Source of the DNA: Bacteroidales bacterium
GTDB taxonomy: Bacteria > Bacteroidota > Bacteroidia > Bacteroidales > UBA932
Length of the DNA: 64,000 bases
Direction of reading: 5' to 3'
NCBI GenBank assembly: GCA_017473705.1
Contig: JAFUJQ010000051.1
Span: 29,351 to 93,350, forward strand
Shown: one piece after another, positions 57,733-64,000 of the stretch
Numbering within the stretch: position 1 is the first letter of the stretch
Layout of the letters: each line of letters opens with the position of its first letter
Translations under genes and position numbers: made by a program
The notes under the pieces: generated by a model
What the model saw: only the letters and a program-made list of their open reading frames with translations
What the model was told of the DNA's origin: nothing
Databases searched by the model: none

Positions 57733-59154
57733 ATGAAAAGAGGTTTATTGTATGTTCTGCTCTCTGCCGCAGTCGGAGGGCTGACCGCTTTTGTCGTGGT
57801 CAAATCGCTTCAGCCAGAGGAAACTGTAATAGTACAGTCTGAGAATGGCGCCAAGTTCAGGACTGTCAATCTGTCACATGACAACTGGCCTGATTTTACA
57901 TATGCCGCAGAGACGGCAGTCGACGCAGTTGTATATGTCAAGGTGACCTCGACTTCGACGTCGCAGACCCCTCAGTCGATTCTTGATTATTTCTTCGGAT
58001 ACGGCACGCCTCAACAGCGTGAGAAGGTAGGCAGCGGTTCCGGTGTGATCATCCGTGAGGATGGATATATCGTCACCAACAATCATGTCATTGACGGCGC
58101 TACGAAGATTCAGGTGACCTTGAATACAAATCATACATATGATGCCGTGCTGGTCGGAACGGATCCAGCAACCGATGTTGCGCTTCTGAAGATAGAAGCG
58201 ACCGGTCTTCCATACATCCCATTCGGTGATTCAGACAAGCTTCGTCTTGGAGAATGGGTGATTGCGATAGGTTCACCTTATGATCTTCGCTCGACCATTA
58301 CGGCAGGCATCGTGAGCGCAAAGGGACGTTCTATGCCTAACTATTCGGGAGAATTCAAGATCGAGTCGTTCATTCAGACAGATGCAGCAGTGAATCCGGG
58401 AAACAGCGGTGGAGCACTCGTCGACAAGAATGGAAATCTTGTGGGAATCAATACAGCGATAATATCTCAGACCGGATCATATACGGGCTATTCTTTCGCG
58501 GTTCCGTCAAATATTGTGAAAAAGATAGTAACAGATCTCATGGATTTCGGTAGTGTAAAAAGAGCCCTTCTTGGTATTACCATGCAGGAAATTACCGATA
58601 AAATCGCTGAGGACTTGAAACTTTCGTCCAGAAACGGCGTATATATTGTTGAGGTTTCTAAAGGCGGCGCCGCCGAGAAGGCCGGAATCAAGGCAGGAGA
58701 CGTGCTTGTGGCGATAGACTCAGTGAAGATAACCAATTCAGCTTCAGTGCAGGAGACTGTGAGCAGATTCTCTCCTGACGACACTGCTGAAATCACTGTC
58801 ATCAGGGACGGCAAGGAGAAGAAATTCCAGGTCGTGTTCCAGGGAACAGCTCTGGAGAACGGTGCGGAGGCATCAGACGGCTCGGTAGCTTTCTACGGCT
58901 CATACATAAAGGAGGCTCCGAAGGAGATGCTTGACAAACTTGGCATAAAGAACGGAGTCGAGATCGTAGAACTTGGTCCCGGCAAACTCCAGGAGGCGGG
59001 CGCGACAGAGGGATTCGTCATCCAGTATGTCAACGACCAGCCGGTAAGGACTCCTCAGGATGTCATAGACCTCGTGAAGAAGTCGAAGAGAGCGGTATTT
59101 GTGGAAGGAATAACTCCTTCAGGAAGAACAGGTTATTTCGGCTTCGGGGTATAG
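57733..59154 (+). CDS. htrA: DegP/HtrA serine protease with two PDZ domains
   Basis: GSGSG, TNNHV, TDVA, NPGNSGG. Confidence 0.92.
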   Translation: MKRGLLYVLLSAAVGGLTAFVVVKSLQPEETVIVQSENGAKFRTVNLSHDNWPDFTYAAETAVDAVVYVKVTSTSTSQTPQSILDYFFGYGTPQQREKVGSGSGVIIREDGYIVTNNHVIDGATKIQVTLNTNHTYDAVLVGTDPATDVALLKIEATGLPYIPFGDSDKLRLGEWVIAIGSPYDLRSTITAGIVSAKGRSMPNYSGEFKIESFIQTDAAVNPGNSGGALVDKNGNLVGINTAIISQTGSYTGYSFAVPSNIVKKIVTDLMDFGSVKRALLGITMQEITDKIAEDLKLSSRNGVYIVEVSKGGAAEKAGIKAGDVLVAIDSVKITNSASVQETVSRFSPDDTAEITVIRDGKEKKFQVVFQGTALENGAEASDGSVAFYGSYIKEAPKEMLDKLGIKNGVEIVELGPGKLQEAGATEGFVIQYVNDQPVRTPQDVIDLVKKSKRAVFVEGITPSGRTGYFGFGV

Positions 59155-59181
59155 GAGTGAGAATTAACTTAATATTATAGA

Positions 59182-60042
59182 ATGAGACAGCTTAAGATTA
59201 CAAAATCAATTACGAATCGTGAGAGTGCTTCACTCGACAAGTATCTGCAGGAGATCGGAAGGGAAGAACTTATCACAGTGGAGGAGGAAGTGGAACTCGC
59301 GCAGAGGATCCGTAAAGGTGACCAGGCTGCACTTGAAAAGCTGACAAGAGCGAACCTCAGGTTCGTTGTCTCTGTGGCAAAGCAGTACCAGAACCAGGGC
59401 CTCAGCCTTCCGGACCTTATCAACGAGGGTAATCTCGGACTGATCAAGGCAGCGGAGAAGTTTGATGAGACAAGAGGATTCAAGTTCATCTCATATGCAG
59501 TATGGTGGATCCGTCAGTCGATTCTCCAGGCTCTTGCAGAGCAGTCGCGTATTGTCCGTCTTCCTCTCAACCAGGTGGGGTCGCTCAACAAGATCAACAA
59601 GGCTCTCCAGAAGTTCGAGCAGGAGCATGAGCGCATGCCTTCAAGCGAGGAGCTTTCTGAGATGATCGATGTTCCTAAGGACAAGATCGCGGATACCCTC
59701 AGGGTTTCAGGCCGCCATGTTTCAGTGGATGCTCCTTTTGTAGAGGGTGAGGATAACAGCCTGCTTGACGTGCTTGTTAACAATGACTCTCCAAGCGCAG
59801 ACCGCGGACTCGTCAACGAGTCTCTTAACAAGGAGATCGAGAGGGCGCTTTCGACGCTTGCTACAAGAGAGAAGGAGATCATCAAGTCATTCTTCGGCAT
59901 CGGATGTCAGGAGATGACACTCGAGGAAATCGGCGAGCGCTTCGGACTTACCAGAGAGCGTGTCCGCCAGATCAAGGAGAAAGCAATCCGCAAACTTAAG
60001 ACTACATCAAGAAGCAAACTTTTGAAAAGCTATTTAGGATAA
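59182..60042 (+). CDS. rpoD: Primary sigma factor, Bacteroidetes short type
   Basis: [49 protein letters not shown]. Confidence 0.95.
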   Translation: MRQLKITKSITNRESASLDKYLQEIGREELITVEEEVELAQRIRKGDQAALEKLTRANLRFVVSVAKQYQNQGLSLPDLINEGNLGLIKAAEKFDETRGFKFISYAVWWIRQSILQALAEQSRIVRLPLNQVGSLNKINKALQKFEQEHERMPSSEELSEMIDVPKDKIADTLRVSGRHVSVDAPFVEGEDNSLLDVLVNNDSPSADRGLVNESLNKEIERALSTLATREKEIIKSFFGIGCQEMTLEEIGERFGLTRERVRQIKEKAIRKLKTTSRSKLLKSYLG

Positions 60043-61832
60043 TGACACCGGAATTATTCATTATATCTAAAGCGTCTGAAGCAATTCAGGCGCTTTACGG
60101 CGTTGAAATACCTGCAGCTCAGCTTCAGGTAAACATAACCCGCAAGGAATTCGAGGGAGACTACACGCTTGTTGTCTTTCCGCTCCTCAAAGTATCAAGG
60201 ACGACACCTGAAAACACAGGAAACGCTATCGGAGAGTGGCTCAAGGCCAATACTGCAGAGATTGACGGATATAATACCGTAAAGGGATTCCTCAATCTTT
60301 CATTCTCCACAACATACTGGAACGGTCTTTTCGCCCAGATCGCAGCTGCCGAAGACTTCGGCCAGCTCGCTCCGACAGGCAAGACCATCATGGTAGAGTA
60401 CTCTTCACCTAACACAAACAAGCCTCTTCACCTCGGCCACATCCGCAACAACCTTCTCGGATGGTCTGTTGCCAAACTCCTTGAGGTGTGTGGCCACAAT
60501 GTGATGAAGGTGAACCTTGTGAATGACCGCGGCATCCACATCTGCAAGTCAATGTATGCATGGAAGGTGCTCGGCAACGGCGAGACACCGGCGTCAAGCG
60601 GCAAGAAGGGTGACCATCTTGTAGGCGACTACTATGTTGCGTTCAATAATCTCTACAAGAAGGAGGTTGACGAACTCGTAGCAGGCGGCATGGCGAAGGA
60701 GGATGCAGAGAAGAATGCACCTTCACTCAAGGCCGCTCAGGAGATGCTCTTCAAGTGGGAGCAGGGAGATGCAGAGGTCGTAGAACTCTGGAAGACTATG
60801 AACGGCTGGGTGTACGAGGGCTTTGACAAGACATACGCAGACCTCGGCATCAGCTTCGACAGGACATATTATGAGTCACAGACATATCTCTTCGGAAAGG
60901 CTCTCGTTCAGAAGGGTCTTGACGCCGGTATCTTTGAGACTCAGGAGGACGGGTCTGTGTGGTGCGACCTCACGGCAGACGGACTTGACCGCAAGCTCCT
61001 TCTTCGTGGTGACGGAACATCGGTATACATGACTCAGGACCTCGGAACTGCGGAGCAGCGTTTTGCTGAGTACAGTCTTGATGAGCATATCTATGTCGTA
61101 GGAAACGAGCAGAACTATCATTTCCAGGTTCTCAAGCTCATCCTCGGCAAGCTTGGATTCGATTGGGCAGACAGCATCTATCACCTCTCATATGGCATGG
61201 TTGAGCTCCCTGAGGGCAAGATGAAGTCACGTGAGGGAACAGTCGTTGATGCTGACGACCTCATCGCAGACATGTACAATACAGCCAAGGAGACCTCCAT
61301 GGAGCTTGGTAAGATCGACAACCTTTCTGCCGAGGAGCAGGACGCTCTCTTCAGAATGATCAGCCTTGGTGCATTGAAGTACTTCATACTCAAGGTAGAC
61401 CCTAAGAAGACGATGCTCTTCGATCCAAAGGAGTCTATCGACTTCAACGGCAATACAGGTCCGTTCATCCAGTACACTCATGCCCGCATCAAGTCAATCC
61501 TCCGCAAGGCGGATGAAAAGGGCGTGGCACATACATCGGACGTGCTCAAGACTGACGCTGCCCTTACACCAAAGGAAGTACGTATCATAAAGATACTCAA
61601 CACATTCCCTGCAAAGGTGGCAGAGGCAGGCGCGGCTCATTCTCCAGCTCTTGTGGCAAATTATGCATATGAGCTTGCGAAGGAGTTCAACCAGTATTAT
61701 CATGATACTCCGATCCTTCGTGAAGAGAACCAGGAGCTCCTTCAGTGTCGTCTCGTTCTCGTCGAGACCATTGCTAAGGTGCTCAGCAAGGCGATGTCTA
61801 TCCTCGGCATCACTCTTCCTGAAAGAATGTAA
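60042..61832 (+). CDS. argS: Arginine--tRNA ligase
   Basis: EYSSPNTNKPLHLGH, KMKSREG, GNTGPF.QY. Confidence 0.97.
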   Translation: MTPELFIISKASEAIQALYGVEIPAAQLQVNITRKEFEGDYTLVVFPLLKVSRTTPENTGNAIGEWLKANTAEIDGYNTVKGFLNLSFSTTYWNGLFAQIAAAEDFGQLAPTGKTIMVEYSSPNTNKPLHLGHIRNNLLGWSVAKLLEVCGHNVMKVNLVNDRGIHICKSMYAWKVLGNGETPASSGKKGDHLVGDYYVAFNNLYKKEVDELVAGGMAKEDAEKNAPSLKAAQEMLFKWEQGDAEVVELWKTMNGWVYEGFDKTYADLGISFDRTYYESQTYLFGKALVQKGLDAGIFETQEDGSVWCDLTADGLDRKLLLRGDGTSVYMTQDLGTAEQRFAEYSLDEHIYVVGNEQNYHFQVLKLILGKLGFDWADSIYHLSYGMVELPEGKMKSREGTVVDADDLIADMYNTAKETSMELGKIDNLSAEEQDALFRMISLGALKYFILKVDPKKTMLFDPKESIDFNGNTGPFIQYTHARIKSILRKADEKGVAHTSDVLKTDAALTPKEVRIIKILNTFPAKVAEAGAAHSPALVANYAYELAKEFNQYYHDTPILREENQELLQCRLVLVETIAKVLSKAMSILGITLPERM

Positions 61833-61838
61833 TTGAAT

Positions 61839-63557
61839 ATGGCATGTCAGATACCTACTTCCATCAAGGAGGTCAAGGCTTTAGGGTGGGACTATATTGA
61901 CGTCATCCTTTTTACGGGAGACGCCTATATAGACCACCCTTCATTCGGTACTGCGGTCATCGCCAGATGGCTGCAGAAGCACGGCTACCGCGTGGCGGTC
62001 GTGCCGCAGCCGAACTGGCGCGACGACCTTCGCGACTTCCGCAAGCTGGGTGCGCCAAGGCTCTATTTCGGCGTCAACAGCGGCGCCATGGATTCCATGG
62101 TGAACCATTATACGGCAGCGAAGCGTCTTCGTAGCGATGACGCTTATACGCCTGACGGAAGAGCAGGGCAGAGACCTGACTATGCAGTTACAGTCTATAC
62201 CAGGATTCTCAAGCAGCTGTATCCTGACATCCCAGTCCTTATCGGTGGCATCGAGGCTTCTCTCAGACGATTCACTCACTATGATTACTGGCAGGACGCC
62301 TTGAAGCCTTCGATTCTGATCGACAGCGGAGCGGACTGGCTCTGCTACGGAATGGGCGAGCGGACGGTGCTTGAGTTTACAAAGGCAATAGAGTCCGGCC
62401 GCAATGTGTCTGATATAAGGAAGATACCTCAGCTGGCGTTCTATATGGACGGCCGTTCAAGACTGAAGGATGCAGTTATCCTCAATTCATTCGAGCGCTG
62501 CTGTGAAGACAAGATCGCCTTTGCGGAGAACTTCCATGTCATCGAGACCTACGCCAACATGATGACTCCTCCGGTGCTTATAGAGCCGGTTGGAGACGGC
62601 TATGTACAAGTAAACCCGACATGGCCCCCTGCGTCACAGGAGGAGATGGATTCATATTGGGACCTTCCTTTCACCAAGCTTCCACATCCGAGATACAAGG
62701 GAAAGCATATTCCGGCTTTCGAGATGATCAAGTTCTCCGTGAATACTCACAGAGGATGTTTCGGCGGATGTAATTTCTGTACTATCGCAGCGCATCAGGG
62801 CAAGTTCATCCAGTCCCGCAGCGAGGAGTCTATTCTTAAGGAGATATCTGCGCTCAATGAACTTCCCGGGTATTCGGGAAATATATCAGATGTGGGCGCG
62901 CCGACGGCAAACATGTATGGAATGAAGGGCAAGGATCAGGAACTTTGTGCGAAATGCCGACGCAAGTCCTGCCTCTTCCCGAGCCCGTGCCGCAATATGG
63001 ACCGCTCGCATGCGCGCCTTCTCAAACTGTATGACAGGATAGGGAAGACCAAGGGCGTCAGACATGCATATATCGGCAGCGGCATCAGGTATGATCTTTT
63101 CCTTGACGAGAAGGGCTTCGTTGACGAGACTTCATATCCATATCTTAAGGAACTGATACTCGAGCATACGTCCGGTCGCCTGAAAGTGGCTCCGGAACAT
63201 ACTGAAGATGCTGTTCTAAAGCTTATGGCGAAGCCTTCATTCAAACTTTTCGAGAGGCTCAGGATGGAGTTTGACAGCATTGTCCGGGGGAGTGGAAGGA
63301 AATGTGAACTGGTTCCATATTTCATATCCGGTCACCCTGGCTGCGGAATGCGTGAGATGAAGAAACTGGCAGGGAATCCTGCTCTAAAGGGTCTGTATAT
63401 GGATCAGGTCCAGGATTTCACTCCTACTCCTATGACGACCTCTTCGGTAATGTATTATACGGGTCTGGATCCTAAAAATCTGCAGAAAGTATTTGTAGAG
63501 AGAGACATAGAGAGAAAGCGCGAACAGAAATCCTTCTTCTTCCGTAGAGGAAAGTAG
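61839..63557 (+). CDS. YgiQ family radical SAM protein
   Basis: GDAY.DHPSFG, GGIEASLRR, RGCFGGCNFC, APEH, QVQDFTPTP. Confidence 0.92.
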   Translation: MACQIPTSIKEVKALGWDYIDVILFTGDAYIDHPSFGTAVIARWLQKHGYRVAVVPQPNWRDDLRDFRKLGAPRLYFGVNSGAMDSMVNHYTAAKRLRSDDAYTPDGRAGQRPDYAVTVYTRILKQLYPDIPVLIGGIEASLRRFTHYDYWQDALKPSILIDSGADWLCYGMGERTVLEFTKAIESGRNVSDIRKIPQLAFYMDGRSRLKDAVILNSFERCCEDKIAFAENFHVIETYANMMTPPVLIEPVGDGYVQVNPTWPPASQEEMDSYWDLPFTKLPHPRYKGKHIPAFEMIKFSVNTHRGCFGGCNFCTIAAHQGKFIQSRSEESILKEISALNELPGYSGNISDVGAPTANMYGMKGKDQELCAKCRRKSCLFPSPCRNMDRSHARLLKLYDRIGKTKGVRHAYIGSGIRYDLFLDEKGFVDETSYPYLKELILEHTSGRLKVAPEHTEDAVLKLMAKPSFKLFERLRMEFDSIVRGSGRKCELVPYFISGHPGCGMREMKKLAGNPALKGLYMDQVQDFTPTPMTTSSVMYYTGLDPKNLQKVFVERDIERKREQKSFFFRRGK

Positions 63558-63652
63558 AAAAAAAGTGCTCTCAGTGTTGCTCAATTCAAAAAAATGTCCT
63601 ACACTTGCACCATAATTTTGAAGTGTAAACCCGAATTGATGAGGAGATAGAT

Positions 63653-63991
63653 ATGTCAACAACAAAGAGAAGAGCAGTAATCAGCTACGAAAATATGTCA
63701 GATGAGCTGGCAGCAGCATTTGCAGAGAAATATCCTAAGGGATATGCAGATTATTTTCCGGATCTTGTAAAATATGACAAGCCTAATGGAGATAGCTTCT
63801 ATGCGGTTACAGTAGAGATCCCGGATGCAATCTATCTGGTAAAGATCAAGGTGAAGACAGATGATGCAGAAGACATCGAGCGCTGGCTTGACGGAGAGGA
63901 TGGAGATGACGGCGACAGCGATGGCGGCGAAGGTCTTCCAGACGACAATATCTCGCAGTACGGTGACGATGACGCCGCTGACGGAGAATAA
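63653..63991 (+). CDS. Conserved-looking hypothetical protein with acidic tail
   Basis: KYP.GY, YLVK; D/G-rich C-terminus; host-like codon usage. Confidence 0.75.
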   Translation: MSTTKRRAVISYENMSDELAAAFAEKYPKGYADYFPDLVKYDKPNGDSFYAVTVEIPDAIYLVKIKVKTDDAEDIERWLDGEDGDDGDSDGGEGLPDDNISQYGDDDAADGE

Positions 63992-64000
63992 ATGACAGAG

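Noticed and set aside
59175-59489. Antisense ORFs over rpoD and many other shadow ORFs
   Set aside because: Explained by codon bias of well-supported genes on the opposite strand

Overview
A 64-kb chromosomal window from a Bacteroidales bacterium, judged from TAnnTTTG -7 promoter boxes, a short Bacteroidetes-type primary sigma factor and a Bacteroidetes-style ffs. Family names come from motif recognition, not database searches. 1-15 kb is an amino-sugar/glycan utilisation cluster interrupted by a RAYT-type HUH transposase that is flanked by direct-repeated hairpin doublets. 15-40 kb and 47-64 kb hold mostly housekeeping and envelope genes (pckA, recQ, mtaB, folB, tamB, tsaD, mnmA, cdd, dnaN, htrA, rpoD, argS). 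The main candidate system is an accessory island at about 40.8-46.9 kb, between the SRP RNA and tRNA-Thr(CGT). It encodes a WYL regulator, two PD-(D/E)xK-like proteins, an unknown protein, a beta-CASP nuclease and a secreted protein. Three of its promoters share one palindromic operator-like motif at a fixed distance from the -7 box, suggesting a WYL-controlled defence regulon. Second, nine GTCAT-headed REP-like palindromes occur in the window. Most show one-sided tandem duplication of the head end, and several have been absorbed into coding sequence as in-frame inserts, a stop codon, and probably the folB start codon. Several deletion-derived pseudogenes and unannotated small ORFs are also visible.
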